From Wallemia ichthyophaga EXF-994 (lineage: Eukaryota > Fungi > Basidiomycota): a stretch of 124,000 nt of DNA. The notes beneath the pieces were generated by a model. That model saw only the letters and a list, made by a program, of their open reading frames with translations, was not told the origin of the DNA and searched no databases. The DNA lies in contig NW_008806283.1 in the NCBI RefSeq assembly GCF_000400465.1, positions 20,001 to 144,000 of the forward strand. The letters run 5' to 3'. Both the position numbers and the translations under genes were made by a program. Of the stretch, positions 62,391-74,950 are shown in pieces. Position 1 is the first letter of the stretch; each line of letters opens with the position of its first letter.

Positions 62391-63310
62391 ATGAGAAAAT
62401 TACTTAAATACGATGAAATACCCGCGTGGATAAAGGACAATCAGTTTATTACGCACGGATATCGCCCTGTCTCCCATTCCATCCGCAATTCACTCTCATC
62501 GATATTCGATAGCATTCACAACGAATCTGGTGGGAATAATTACATGGCAATTACTCCATCTAACTCCTACGGCTAGTGAACATACACTCACACCTTTGGG
62601 GTGCTGCTTTCTTCGTGTTTTGCTTGTTTGCCTTGTCAACCGATACGAAACACCAAAACTATTCGTGGAAAGACTACGTGGGGTTCTCCACTTTCATCTT
62701 ATCCGCAATCACCTGCCTCTCTTTCTCCTTTCTCTACCACACTTTCTCTAACCACTCAAAAACACTCGCAAACACTTGGCACGCTTTAGATTACGCTGGT
62801 ATATGCATCCTCATAGCCGGCAGCTTCATCCCTTCCATCTATTACGGCTTCTATTGCTCCCCTACATCCCAGCTCCTCTACATGGCTGCTATGCTCATCG
62901 CTTCCTCTGTCGCTCTCTACATTGTTCTCCACCCCCATTACCGCAGACCTTCTTTCAGGAAGGCGCGCACTAGTGTTTTTATAGCTCTTGGCCTATCCTC
63001 TATCCTCCCTATTGTCCATGCCCTTTACATGGACGGCCTCGACGTCCTCCGTCGAACTATAGCCCTTGACTACGTCCTCGCTTCTGGCAGCATGTACATC
63101 ATCGGCGCTCTCATCTACGCTGCTCGCTTTCCAGAGGCTTATTTCACTCATCGCAACTTCTCTTACTACGGCGCTTCTCATCAGATCTTCCACCTCTTTG
63201 TCGTCGCTGCGGCTGTGTGCCACTACTTTTCCATCCTTTCCTCGCAGTCCTTTTACAGCGACCCCGAGTTCGATTACTGTTCCAGGTATGTACACAACTG
63301 GCAAATGTAA
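62391..63310 (+). CDS. PAQR/Izh (hemolysin-III) receptor
   Basis: IHNES|NIHSHL, SFLYHT, ALDYAGI, PEAY..YGASHQIFH motifs. Confidence 0.92.
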
Positions 63311-63402
63311 TTCATACACCTACGCATGAAATGTGGATTATTTACAAAACAAAAAGAAAAAAAAAGAAAAAAAGGAATTCATTTTATGTACAAGGTATCA
63401 TT

Positions 63403-66400
63403 TCATTCGTCCTCATTCCTATAACCGGCTCTACGCATAGCACCTAGAGTTCTCCTTGCGGACGAAAGGTCCTTCTCGAGCTTGAGTATCTCGACCTGCT
63501 GCTCCATCTCCCTGACTTTGAACTCATGCGTGGGTACACTAGCCCAATCGACGTGACCATCTGCGTCTTGTGCTTGCTTGGCTGAAATAGCCTTGACTTG
63601 GCGCACGAGAGCTTTGCACGCCTCAGTGACAGCCTTAGCGGCAATTTCGAGTCGTTCCTGCGTCTTGGACATGAAGTTCGCCTTGACGCGCGACGCAGCG
63701 ACGAGCTGTGCGGTAGCTGCTGCCACTTCATTTGACGCTACGATAAGCTGCTCGAGTGAGTGAGACCCATTCAACACTCCGTCTGCGGCTTCGATGAGAA
63801 GATTCGTCGCAAACGCTACAGCCTTGGCAGCTGAAATCAATCCCTCTGTCCATCTGTTGTTGCGTTTGTAGAATTGCTGCGCTGACATGGTAGATCCACG
63901 TCCTTGGGCTACTATTTCCTTCTGAGACTCTGTAGCAGCCTGGATGAGACGAGCAATCGCATTCGTTATCGCTAGCGACGCTTCGAGTATTGCATCGTGC
64001 ACATTCTTGTCTAGACCGGAGTACCTCGTCGTGGTTTCCGCATGCATCATCGATTGTATCCTCTCGGTCGCCGCTTGGATTGCGTTTGCTGCTGCTAACA
64101 TCTCTCGCTCAACTATATCTCCAATTTCACCACTAGCTTTGGATAACTCTGTGCGGCCTTTAGGAATGGCCATGTCGAGGATATCTGTGAGCTCGTTTAG
64201 CGCCTCGCGCGAATCTGAGTTTTTGCGCGCGACAACGAGCGCACGTTGTTCAGAAGGCACCAGAGCAAGACGGAATGACTGCACATCAAGGAAAGCCCTT
64301 GCGGCAACATCACCAACTTTCCTAGCACCCTTGATTAGTGCATCGGATGCTTCGTCATCCTTAGTCAGCCTAGTTACTCCCTTGGCATTGAGCAGTATCT
64401 CGCAAATAGTTTGAGACAGCTCATTGGCAATCTTGATTACGTCAACGTGCCCAGCTGTCTGCTTGGGTGCTATGAAAGATGTGAAAGTCACTGCAAATTC
64501 CGAAGCATCCGCTTGCGCTTTTTCAATCATTGATAGTGTATACTCTGGAGATGCATTCTGGTTTCCAGTCTGGATTGACGACTCAAGCTCGTAATTGACA
64601 TCATCAATTTTATGCACGCATGCTTGGAAGATACTGTCAATAATCTGCTTTAACTTCTTATCGTGATCAACAATAAGCAAATCAATTTGTGCATTCAGTG
64701 CTTGGTCTGATTCTCCCTGTGTTAATTGCATTTCACCGAGTTTGCCGATAGTGGAATCCATTCCTTCTTGAATGATGGCAATCTCCGCATCTTTCTCTTC
64801 GCGCACACGCTCCGCTTCACCATTCGCCACGTCAATCTTATGAAGGAGCTCATCGATTTGTATTTGCTTTGAGTGGAGACTATCTTCCAACTCGTTCAAT
64901 TGTCGATTATATCTGCTGATCATGGAGGAGGTTTCAGTGGAGCGGTGGCGCGTTGCATCCTCTGCTCTCTCATTTGCAAAGTCAAGATCACGACGTAAAC
65001 GACTATGCTCATCTTTCTGACTTGATTTAAGTCTGTCAAGATCAAAGCGAGCTCTGTCGCGTTCACGTATCATGTCTGCTAGCTCGAGATTCTTTGCTTT
65101 GACATCACGTTCCATGCGTTCGTACTGTTTAGTGTTAGCGTGGTGCTTTGTATTGATAAGCGATGACAAACTCACCTTAGTGATTGCCTCCTGAGCAGAA
65201 TTAGCTTTGAGTTGCATTTGCTTAAATTTCCCAAGCATATCCAGGTGTTCAGTGCGTAGTTGAGAATACAATTTTGCCAGTGCCTCATACTTGTTTCTCC
65301 ACATGGTAATTTGATCCTGTAAACTCTTAATGAGCTCATCTTTGCCTATCATCTGTGCTCCAACATTGGCATTGATTGCAGCCAACTCCATTTCAAGGGC
65401 CTTGACACGCGAGTCATATTGCTGAAGCATCATCTGGTCCCTCTCAAACTGACCTCTCATCTCTAGTAGTTGACGCTCCATATCTGCAGCTGCACCCATG
65501 TGCTGCTGTGCCGCTTGCTGTTGTAAAAGCTGTTGTTTTGCCATTTCTTGTTGTTGTTGTTGGAGGAGTTGCTGTTCTTCAAACTCACGCTGCTGATTTT
65601 GCATCTGAAGTTGACGTTGAGCTTCCTGCGAGTCACGCTCAGATTGAAGCTTGGCCTGTTGATCTTCATACTCCTTGAGCATACGTGCTTGTTCAGCAAT
65701 ATCAACTGATGGGGTGTCTGGAGCAGTGGGTGGGGGAGCAGGTGACTTTTGCAAAGCTTTCCGCTCAGCCATCTCAGCATGACCTTCCGGATCCTGCCAT
65801 AAGTTTGGAGGCTCCTGGGGGAGTTGTTAGGTTGGGAAGGGTAAGACAGAGAAAGACGACCCACCTGACCAAGTTTAGGAACGTTGATTAAAGAGGTGAG
65901 GTATTTGAGGTTGGAGCATTCGTAGTAAAATTTACGCAATTGATGGTGTTGACCGTTGAAGCGCTGTACGAGAGGTTGAAGGATCTCATCAGCGTTTTCG
66001 ACACCTGTTGGAATGTGATTGAGTGGGAAGTTAACAGGTTGTTAATTAAAACTAACGTCTGTGCATTGCTCTAAGCATGGAAGTGATGAATCTGTAAATA
66101 CCATAACTCTCCTTAACGAGAGGAACAAGGGAAGAGATTCTGCACTCATTGTTTGAGATGCCACGGAGGTGCATAAAAACCAGACGCTGGAAAGAATCGA
66201 TACCGTCTTGAAGATTCATAAGATCGGCAACTGTCTCATATCTAAGTGGGTGAATGAGTGGGGTAAAGCGGGGTAAGAGAACGAAACAAACCCCTCATTA
66301 GGATCATCAACGCCTTTGAGAGTGATATACTCAGCGTATTCAAACAAACCATTGAATTCAGGGTGGTTTCTGTGAAAACGCAATTTGGACATGATGAATT

Positions 66401-66903
66401 GAACGTAAGCTTGAATTAGTGGAGCGTAACCAAGACCAAAGTTGCCAACAGTGCGTGAGCAAGTGTCTAGCCAGCCGATGTGCTGTTGAATTTCGCGTAA
66501 AGTCTGAGATGACGTCAGACGTGTGTACTGGGAAGGTATAACGAGAGTCCACACGCACAATTGGATGGCCTTCCTGTACGATTTTGTGCACAACGATAAG
66601 AGCTTTGTAAGTTTGAACTTCATCGCTCATAATCGGCTGTACACGTAAACCAGACCAAATGGATTGTGAGGAGTGATAATCCCAAGTGTAAACAATACAT
66701 TCTGCGATAAGAATGATGAGCTCATGATTGTAATCTAAATAATAAAACTAACTTCTAACGTGCTTCTGCTTTGGTGCAGTCTCATCAGTATTCGTTGCTT
66801 TCTTAATATTGAGAGCGAGTTCAGTTTCAGCTTTATCGCGATCAACGGGTCTTGATGGCTGGTGGAAGCTGTCGTGAAATCCCTGCTGCCTTAATCTCGA
66901 CAT
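63403..66903 (-). CDS. SLA2: Sla2/End4 endocytic adaptor (ANTH, coiled coil, I/LWEQ), multi-exon
   Basis: ETAPKQKHVR, KALIVVHKIVQEGHP, FYKRNNRWTEGLISAAKAVA, QLVAASRVKA motifs. Confidence 0.95.
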
Positions 66904-66934
66904 GGTGATGGTGGTTGGTGTCAGCCTAACAACC

Positions 66935-68278
66935 ATGAGTGATTTGGAAATTTCAAGACAAGAAAAGCTGGCGAGGGCCAGAAACCATTTGAAGAAGGCT
67001 CAGTCGAAGAAAAAGCACTCGAGTAGCGCTTCAAGAGACGTTTCTTCGTTATTCACTACAACTCCAACTGATCAGCCAAATTCTCCTTTATTCTCTCCTA
67101 CGCTTGATGAATCTGATAAGACGAGCGATTGGGATGCTTTGCAATCCTCGCTTCAGATTCAATCTGATAAGCAGCTTGACGTGGATCAGGCTGCGGATGA
67201 TTTTGATAAAGGTGATCAAGAGGGTGGATATGATGAGGCGAATGCGGTGGATGGAGTCGATGTAGTGAATTCGAGAGATGCAGGGGATGTGGTTGATACA
67301 GGTAATACAGCCGATACATTCGATACACTCGATAAAGCTGAGGAACCGCACGAGAAACGGGAGAATGCACAAGAATCACCCGAAATGCAACGGCAACAAC
67401 CGCCACTCACAGAAATTTCCTTAGAAGAGCTCAAACAGCAATTAAATGAAGCACACATTGATCATAGCGCGCAAATGAGCGAAAAGAAGAACACAATTGA
67501 TGCACTTGAAAAGACAATCATTGAACTGAAAAGCAACTCTGGAAATAGCGATGAAGTTAATAATTTAGAGAGGAAATTAGATTCAATACAGGCCCAATTA
67601 ATGTCGAACAAGCAATCACACCAAGAAACAAATTCAGCATTGCAACATAGTGAAAATGAGCGTAATCAGCAACGAGAGAATATTGATGCAATTGAGCAAA
67701 AGCTAAGTCATGCTTCGGAGCAGTTGTTGAGGAGTAAATTGGATAACAAGAGTGTTAGAGATGAGGTGGAGAGGGGTAATTCTGAGATTAAATCTTTGAA
67801 GGAGCAACTTAGCGAGCAGCTATCAACAATAAGTAATCTGCAAGAGATGGAAAAGGAGAAAGAGAGGCTATCCACCCTTTCTAGCAATTTGCAAGAGTCA
67901 AACGAATCTCTATCTCACCGTCTTTCACAGTTAGAGGAGGAGAATGCATCTCTAAAGCAAACTATAGAAAAGGACGCAGATAGAAAGAGTATCGAGAGTC
68001 TCGATAAGGGGGCATCAACAATACCATTGAATACTAATGGACACTTTGTCTCAGCAGCTGCACGCTCACTTATACCAAGCAGCGTGATGCATAAGCGTCG
68101 AGAATCGTTGCAGATGCTCAAGATACGTATGGATAGTCACATACAGCCAACACAAATGGACGCCGTCAATGAAGAGAGCCTGCCGCGCAACCAATTTATG
68201 ACCAACGACGACCCACTCTTCTTCTGTGCAGCTTGTGAGAATGAGAATGACGAGGGAGAAGGGTTGATTGTGTTGTAA
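66935..68278 (+). CDS. Coiled-coil golgin-like protein (GM130/Bug1-like architecture)
   Basis: RQEKLARARNHLKK N-terminus, long coiled coil, CxxC and hydrophobic C-terminal LIVL. Confidence 0.5.
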   Translation: MSDLEISRQEKLARARNHLKKAQSKKKHSSSASRDVSSLFTTTPTDQPNSPLFSPTLDESDKTSDWDALQSSLQIQSDKQLDVDQAADDFDKGDQEGGYDEANAVDGVDVVNSRDAGDVVDTGNTADTFDTLDKAEEPHEKRENAQESPEMQRQQPPLTEISLEELKQQLNEAHIDHSAQMSEKKNTIDALEKTIIELKSNSGNSDEVNNLERKLDSIQAQLMSNKQSHQETNSALQHSENERNQQRENIDAIEQKLSHASEQLLRSKLDNKSVRDEVERGNSEIKSLKEQLSEQLSTISNLQEMEKEKERLSTLSSNLQESNESLSHRLSQLEEENASLKQTIEKDADRKSIESLDKGASTIPLNTNGHFVSAAARSLIPSSVMHKRRESLQMLKIRMDSHIQPTQMDAVNEESLPRNQFMTNDDPLFFCAACENENDEGEGLIVL

Positions 68279-68526
68279 TGAGAATGAATTTGTTTGATAA
68301 GTGAGAATTAACAAGTGAGAATATGAGACATTAGATAGTGCCAGACATTATGGTAACAGACACATCAAACATACCAAACACTCTTGACATATAAATGGTT
68401 ATAGATTGTTTAATAGTATGACTGAAATGATCTCAGATACGATCGATATAAGAAGAGAGATAAGACAATTTAGATTTAATTATAAAGAATTCGTTTATCG
68501 GTTATAGATTTGAGTCATGGAAAATT

Positions 68527-69360
68527 TTAGGCTTGTTCACCTTGAGCTGGTTCATCTTCTTGCTTAACATCAGATTTCTCTTCTGGCTTTGAATCAGATT
68601 CTTGCATGTCCGAAGTCCATAAAGTGAGGTTATCACGTAAGAGTTGCATAATCAATGTGCTGTCTTTGTAGCTTTCCTCGGAGAGAGTGTCTAATTCAGC
68701 GATAGCGTCATCGAAGGCTTGCTTAGCGAGGTGACAAGCGCGGTCAGGAGAGTTAAGAATTTCATAGTAAAAGACTGAGAAGTTAAGAGCCAAGCCAAGT
68801 CTGATAGGGTGAGTTGGAGGAAGTTCAGTGACAGCGACGTCGGAAGCAGACTTGTAAGCCTCCAAAGAAGCTTCAGCTGATCCCTTTCTACGATCACCGG
68901 TAGCGAATTCAGCGAGGTAACGGTGGTAGTCACCCTTCATCTTGTGGTAGAAGACCTTTGATTCACCGGACGCAGCAGAAGGAATGAGGTGGCCATCGAG
69001 AACGTCGAGAATGTCTTCACATATCTTAGCCAATTCAAGCTCAATCTTCTCTCTGTAAGACTTAATCATGTGAACTTGAGAATCGTTGCCCTTAGACTCC
69101 TCCTTTTGCTCAATAGAGGATACGATTCTCCAAGAAGCTCTACGAGCACCGATGACGTTCTTGTAAGCGACAGAGAGCAAGTTACGTTCTTCAACGGTGA
69201 GTTCTTGATCAGAGGAGGCCACCTTCTTCATAGATTCGACCATTTCTGGGTGGATTGTGAGCTGAGAGTGAGACACGTGAAGCACCCACACACCTTCATA
69301 ACGCTCAGCTTGCTCAGCGAGTTTAGCGAGGTAAACGTGGTCTTCACGGGTTTCAGTCAT
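68527..69360 (-). CDS. BMH1: 14-3-3 protein
   Basis: [51 protein letters not shown]; one intron. Confidence 0.98.
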   Translation of the reverse strand: MTETREDHVYLAKLAEQAERYEGVWVLHVSHSQLTIHPEMVESMKKVASSDQELTVEERNLLSVAYKNVIGARRASWRIVSSIEQKEESKGNDSQVHMIKSYREKIELELAKICEDILDVLDGHLIPSAASGESKVFYHKMKGDYHRYLAEFATGDRRKGSAEASLEAYKSASDVAVTELPPTHPIRLGLALNFSVFYYEILNSPDRACHLAKQAFDDAIAELDTLSEESYKDSTLIMQLLRDNLTLWTSDMQESDSKPEEKSDVKQEDEPAQGEQA

Positions 69361-70169
69361 TTCTACGGGTATTGTTAGGATTTTTGTATTTTTAGTGCGA
69401 GTGCGTGTGCGTTGGGTGCAAGTGAGGTGAAGGAAATTCCAGACTTTGACGTTTCATAAAGGAGAAATTTTTAAAGAAATTCAAGAGAGTGGCAGTGGGA
69501 GCGTGGTGGCTGTGTGTTGCAGGCAGCCCAGTATCACCACCAAGCTCCCCCACTCCCGCTCACCCACTCTTAAGCCACGTCACCGAAAAACCGCAGTGAC
69601 GCGTGGATGTATGAATACACCACGCAGCCACCCAATCTCGCACTCCCGCCAACGCCCACGCTTCGCCTCACCCACCTTGTTGTCTGTGTTAGATGGTATT
69701 CTGCGTAGGCTTCGAATAATCGATCCATTTCATCAAAGCGTAAAAAAAATTACAAAGTAAAAATCCTATTGTAGGTTATTGTGAGATGTGGAGGGGTCTG
69801 GGAGGCATGTTAGCCACTCTGCGCTTGTTACACATTTATACACGTTATCAGTGGTGCTAGCGGGTGGCCACGGCGTAAAGGGGTGTGCAGAGCGGGGAGT
69901 GTAATAAATGAATAAATATACTTGTAAAAATGGATTGTATATCAAAATAATTATATCTGCCAAATTGAGCGGCTTAAACAGCGTATATCAGCGTATATGA
70001 CACGAACCAGGAAAATAGACGGCGTTCGTAGTCTGCTGAGCCATCCAGCTTTGCAGTGTGCACCGAAGTCTAGACCTGTTTATCAGCTTAACCAGCTTAA
70101 TCGGGTCAACAACCCCTACTGTTAGTAGTGTTCTAATTCAAAAACCACGCTAAAAACACTCCAGTATCG

Positions 70170-70943
70170 ATGCTAGCTACACCACTGCGCTGGTGTGCTG
70201 TATCCAAGTACAAATACCCCAGTGCGCTACTCCTGCGCTTCAGAGTGGTCCAAGGTGTGCTACAGCTGCGAGACAAGGCGTCCACCAACAATTCAAACTC
70301 ACTCGGTAAAGGAATGAGTGTGCTTTGTCGGCGCAGTGCACTCGAGTGTATGCTAAATGACAAGCTCTGGATGAGGTTATCGCGAAATGCGAGTGTACCT
70401 AGCCATTTCGTACACGCAGTACAATCGCAGCTGGTGGATGGAGTGGTGGCTGAGTTAGATGGCATTCTGCGTAAGCTGCGCAGTAATTGTGTTGAGCCGG
70501 ATCAATCGTTTCAATCGGATCACCCAGCGTGGTTAATGCAGCGTCAGACAATCGCTACAACAAACACAACTTTATTCGTCGGTTTCTATATCACTCTGGC
70601 ATCAACACCAACACACACAGTCCCATTCAGCCGCCTCACTCAAGGAACATACAGCTCACCGATCTACACGTTCAGCGACAAATACGCAGACAAATACCAG
70701 CTAAACGCGATTCGTTATCGTCTGAGCAAATTAGAAGAGCAGCTGCGACGCCGGGGATGCAACACTGGCCAAAACACCTCCGACACGTTTGCATTTGGGT
70801 TCGGCAGAGTGAGTGATGCACACCTGTCCATCGATCTCACCCCTCTCGCCGTGGCGCTGTGGAGATGTAGAATGTGGCATGAGGATGAGCTGGTTTTAGA
70901 GGGTTTTGGGTTGAATAGTGGGGATATTAGGGTGATACGGTAG
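70170..70943 (+). CDS. Hypothetical protein
   Basis: 257 aa open frame filling the gap between genes; no motif recognised. Confidence 0.5.
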   Translation: MLATPLRWCAVSKYKYPSALLLRFRVVQGVLQLRDKASTNNSNSLGKGMSVLCRRSALECMLNDKLWMRLSRNASVPSHFVHAVQSQLVDGVVAELDGILRKLRSNCVEPDQSFQSDHPAWLMQRQTIATTNTTLFVGFYITLASTPTHTVPFSRLTQGTYSSPIYTFSDKYADKYQLNAIRYRLSKLEEQLRRRGCNTGQNTSDTFAFGFGRVSDAHLSIDLTPLAVALWRCRMWHEDELVLEGFGLNSGDIRVIR

Positions 70944-71039
70944 ATTATCAATCAGCATATCAATCAGCACTATCATCATATCATCATCATATCATCAATA
71001 ATACAGTGAGCAGTGAGTGAATCTTCACAACTGTCTCGT

Positions 71040-71797
71040 TTAACTATACGAACTGTACGGCGGTGGATTCTCTTGTCCCTGCTGCCTCTCCTCGTTAGCG
71101 TCCGCATCAGCACCTCTAGCGGCCATAGCAGCGTGCACGCTATCGTCGTGTACCTGATACGAGTAATCTGGGGTAGGATTGCTGCTGTGATTAGACTCGC
71201 TTTCGTATTTAGGCAGGGGTTCATTCTGGGGTGCGTTTGAGTAAGCACCCAGACGCTCTCTGGCTTCTTCAACCCCCTGGTAGAATTCGAAGGTGGATCC
71301 CTGGCTGAACCAGACTTTGAGGTCAGCGCCCTGGTTGAAGCCGTTGGAGTAGGTGTGTTGGTTGTAGTCGTTGTCGTTGTTGTCGTTGTCATTCTCACCA
71401 CCCCGATCACCCCGATCACCCCGATCGTCAATACCGCTGCCACTCCCACCAGGCAGAATAGTAGCCTCCCAACGATTCGCGCCGAGGAGTGGCTGGGCGA
71501 GGTAGCCATCAGCGACGTACTGGAGGAGCACACTGAGGCTGCGAATGGATTCGTGGGCGGGTGAGAGAAATACTATACGCTTGTTGGTAAGGAAGATGCT
71601 GCCGTGTGCATCATAAACGCGTCCAGGAGCACTGAGGCTGATGCGCAACTGGACGTCGTCGTAGCTGAGTATTATCTTCTCCTCTGTGTGCAGAGTGAGA
71701 TTGTGACAGTGAGCCAGAATCGAACACCCAACCTACCGGGGAATTCAACGGGTCTTGTGCCGTCTTGATTGGTCATTGAGTTGTTGATTGCAGCCAT
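71040..71797 (-). CDS. WBP2-like GRAM-domain protein with PPxY tail
   Basis: GSIFLTNKRIVFL, QPLLGANRWE, C-terminal LPKY and PPPY; first exon from 71797. Confidence 0.75.
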
Positions 71798-71927
71798 TGT
71801 TGTGGTGGTGGTTAGGGAGTAAGGGGATTAATCAATAATATCAATAATATCAATAATAAAATATAAATGGCTATCCTTGTGTGCATATTCACTCATTCTC
71901 ACTTCCTGCTTCCCACTCCCACCACCC

Positions 71928-72382
71928 ATGTCCAGATTCATCAGAGGCTCTCTCAGTGGTTTCGCTGTTGCTGCCGCAGCCAGCTACAGCTTTAGTAGTG
72001 CTATTGGTGCACGCACTGACTCTATTTCTGCCGAGTGAGTTGCGTCTTCACTCCTCGCACTTCCCACTAAGCCACCAAAAGACTCGCGGAAATACGCGAT
72101 TTCTATGGCACACACGCACCCCAACCTGACTCTCCCTCTCACAAGAAAGCCTACGTCAAATCCCCAGATGCATCTCTCGCTGAGCTCATCGCGACCAAGT
72201 GGAACGACCACATCCTCTCCCTAGTAGCCAGTGCCAGGAGGTTCGACTACTATGAGGCGGGTGACACGATGCTCAACTGGGCTGTCCAGAGTATCCGCGG
72301 TGGTAGTCCTAGCCAGGTAGACAAGGTAGACAGCACACTCAACACACCCACACACACCAGTACACCGCAGAAACTTGTATAA
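71928..72382 (+). CDS. MIC12: MICOS subunit Mic12-like
   Basis: MSRFIRGSLSGFAVAAAASY TM segment, one intron, LAELIATKWNDHI motif. Confidence 0.6.
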
Positions 72383-72415
72383 CAAACCCAGCGCATGCAT
72401 CCCTAGCTCTATAAT

Positions 72416-74224
72416 TCACAGCCCTCTGTACTCCTCCCAGCCAACCTTCTCCATTTTATCCACCTTAGCGTAGACCTCCTCTTCCAGGCGGTGCTTATAC
72501 GTGTCGAGAGCATCCAACAAGCGTGGCATGCCCGCTGCAACGATCCTCACCGCGAGAAGACCAGCGTTAACACCCCCGTTAATAGCAACGGTAGCGACGG
72601 GGATTCCGCGTGGCATCTGCACGATAGAATGAAGGCTATCGACGCCATCTAGCGAGCTGCCTTTAACGGGTACGCCAATCACTGGGAGTGGGGTCATAGC
72701 TGCGATCATACCCGGTAAGTGTGCAGCTCCACCGGCGCCAGCTACTATGCAGCGCACGCCACGCGCGCGCGCACTGTGTGCGAATTGTGCCATGCGCTGT
72801 GGTGTGCGGTGTGCAGAAACCACTGTTAACTCATACTCCACGCCAAGCTCACCCAACATGGCTCCCGCCCCGCTCATCACCTTGAGATCCGAGTCACTTC
72901 CCATCACTACGCTTACGAGTGGGTGCGATGGGTTAGTGCGTGTGGTGGTCTTGTCGGTTTCAACTTGTTTGATGGACGGTGGGAGGAGTGTGGAGATGTG
73001 CGCGAGTGCGCTGGACACCACGCCCGAGCTGGATGACTTACTTGGCAACAGTGCCGTGAGTGTGTCCACATGGTCATGCACACTCGCTGCACTTTCCCCT
73101 ACTACCGTGACGTGTCCCATCTTGCGTCCCTTCCTACACCCCGCCTTGCCGTATAAATGGACATGAGCTCCCGGCAGAGTGAGCGCTTTACGAGCGAGCT
73201 TCATTACTCCCTCTTCCGTCCCATCGTCCCTGCCGAGGAGGTTAACCATAGCAGCGTACGGCACGACCATCTGCGTATCGCCGAGCGGGAGGTCGAGAAT
73301 AGCGCGGAGATGGTTATCGTACTGGGAGGTAGCACAAGCCTCGATAGTATAATGACCCGAGTTATGTGGCCTTGGAGCTATCTCATTGAGCAGTATCTGT
73401 CCATCAGCGAGAAGGAACATCTCCACACCGAAAACACCCGCACCTACGAAAGTGCTGATAGCGTTGGTGGCCACGTCGCGCGCGCGCGACTGCACACTCG
73501 CATCAGACGCAAGGAGAGGTGCATACACAACACTGCAAACGCTGTCCTCGTGCACCGTCTCAACGGCGGGATACGCCACTACTTGTCCACCAACTGAACG
73601 GACGACCATCACTGCGATCTCGGCAGTGAACGGGGCAAGTTCTTCCACATACAGCCCTCCCTTGCCGGCTGTCTGCGCGAGCGTGCTGACGGCTGTCTGT
73701 GCCTCTTGAGCACTCTTGACGAGGTAGTTGCCTTTACCGTCGTAAGCCTGTTTGCGGGCCTTGAGCATGACGGGGAAACCGCTAAGGTGGTTTGAGACGG
73801 CGGAGAGGAGCGCGTCAGCGGATTGCTCCTCCAGCGGTACGCTCCTCGCTACGGGGATGCGGTGGTGCATCAAGTGCTCCTTCTGCGTGTACTTGTCCTG
73901 GATTGTGCGGATGGTGGATGGTGATGGAGAGACTTGCACGCGCCCGCCCATATCACGCTCTACCTCCTCAAGCACGTCCACGTTAACGTGCTCGATCTCG
74001 ACTGTGAGGATATCTACGCGCCCAGCAAGCTCTTTGATAGCAGCTGGGTCGTTGAATGAGCCTAAGACGTGGCCTCCCTGCCTATTGGATACCTGCTTGG
74101 CCGGTGACTGCGTATCCCCCTCCAACACCACTATATCCAGATTCATCAACTGCCCCGCTTGGATGAGCATTCGGCCGAGCTGTCCCCCGCCGAGGATCCC
74201 TATTTTGCGTGTATCGATTGACAT
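72416..74224 (-). CDS. ADE2: Phosphoribosylaminoimidazole carboxylase (PurK-PurE fusion)
   Basis: ILGGGQLGRML, NEIAPRPHNSGH, VMGSDSD, SAHRTP, GAGGAAHLPGM; intronless. Confidence 0.97.
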   Translation of the reverse strand: MSIDTRKIGILGGGQLGRMLIQAGQLMNLDIVVLEGDTQSPAKQVSNRQGGHVLGSFNDPAAIKELAGRVDILTVEIEHVNVDVLEEVERDMGGRVQVSPSPSTIRTIQDKYTQKEHLMHHRIPVARSVPLEEQSADALLSAVSNHLSGFPVMLKARKQAYDGKGNYLVKSAQEAQTAVSTLAQTAGKGGLYVEELAPFTAEIAVMVVRSVGGQVVAYPAVETVHEDSVCSVVYAPLLASDASVQSRARDVATNAISTFVGAGVFGVEMFLLADGQILLNEIAPRPHNSGHYTIEACATSQYDNHLRAILDLPLGDTQMVVPYAAMVNLLGRDDGTEEGVMKLARKALTLPGAHVHLYGKAGCRKGRKMGHVTVVGESAASVHDHVDTLTALLPSKSSSSGVVSSALAHISTLLPPSIKQVETDKTTTRTNPSHPLVSVVMGSDSDLKVMSGAGAMLGELGVEYELTVVSAHRTPQRMAQFAHSARARGVRCIVAGAGGAAHLPGMIAAMTPLPVIGVPVKGSSLDGVDSLHSIVQMPRGIPVATVAINGGVNAGLLAVRIVAAGMPRLLDALDTYKHRLEEEVYAKVDKMEKVGWEEYRGL

Positions 74225-74323
74225 TATTTAATTTTATTTTAAATCGATCTTGGTGGTTAGATGGAGAGATACGAGATGGCCATCTCCCTTGCTTCCCGAC
74301 GACGACGACGATAATTTATTTAA

Positions 74324-74905
74324 ATGGCGCCACACGTACAGCCATCGGAGGTGCGTTGATCTTCTATCCCTGCTGCCGTCTCTCACGCGCTGCAGTTCCT
74401 CCGCGATCTCGCTGAGCTGTTTGAGCGGGTGAGTGGGAGTGTGAGCAGTGGCAGTGGCAGTGGCACTGTATTCCTCACGCAGAAACGCTACCAATACCAC
74501 GATAAAGAAGGTGCAGAAATGGATATCGACGCAGACAGCCCAAATCCCGCGCAATTCCATGTTCTCCTCAGAGCTACTGCCCAAATAGACGATAAACAGT
74601 ACAAATCAGCCACGCGCATCCCTTCTGACCAGCTCGATGGCTTTGTTGCGCACTACAACTCTCTCCTCCACGCCCACCTTCACTCCAATCTCCGCAAGAG
74701 AGACAGGAAGAGAGAGAAACGTAAGGCGGATATTGCCGCTGTGAGGAAACGCAGACTAGAGACGCCCGTCGATATACCCCACTCTAAACGCGGTAGCGGG
74801 AGGCGTAAGTTTCAACGTAAAGTTAAAGCTGAACAGAGGAGGCTAGCTGCTTTGCACACGGTAGCAAGTGGCACGAGTGGGCAGAATACTTTGAAAATTC
74901 CTTAA
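74324..74905 (+). CDS. SRP14: Signal recognition particle 14 kDa subunit
   Basis: MAPHVQPSE|FLRDLAELF, VFLTQKR, VLLRAT, LRKRDRKREK. Confidence 0.8.
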
Positions 74906-74950
74906 AATCACTGAAATTGATGGATATCGCTTTTTACATGACAGATTCAT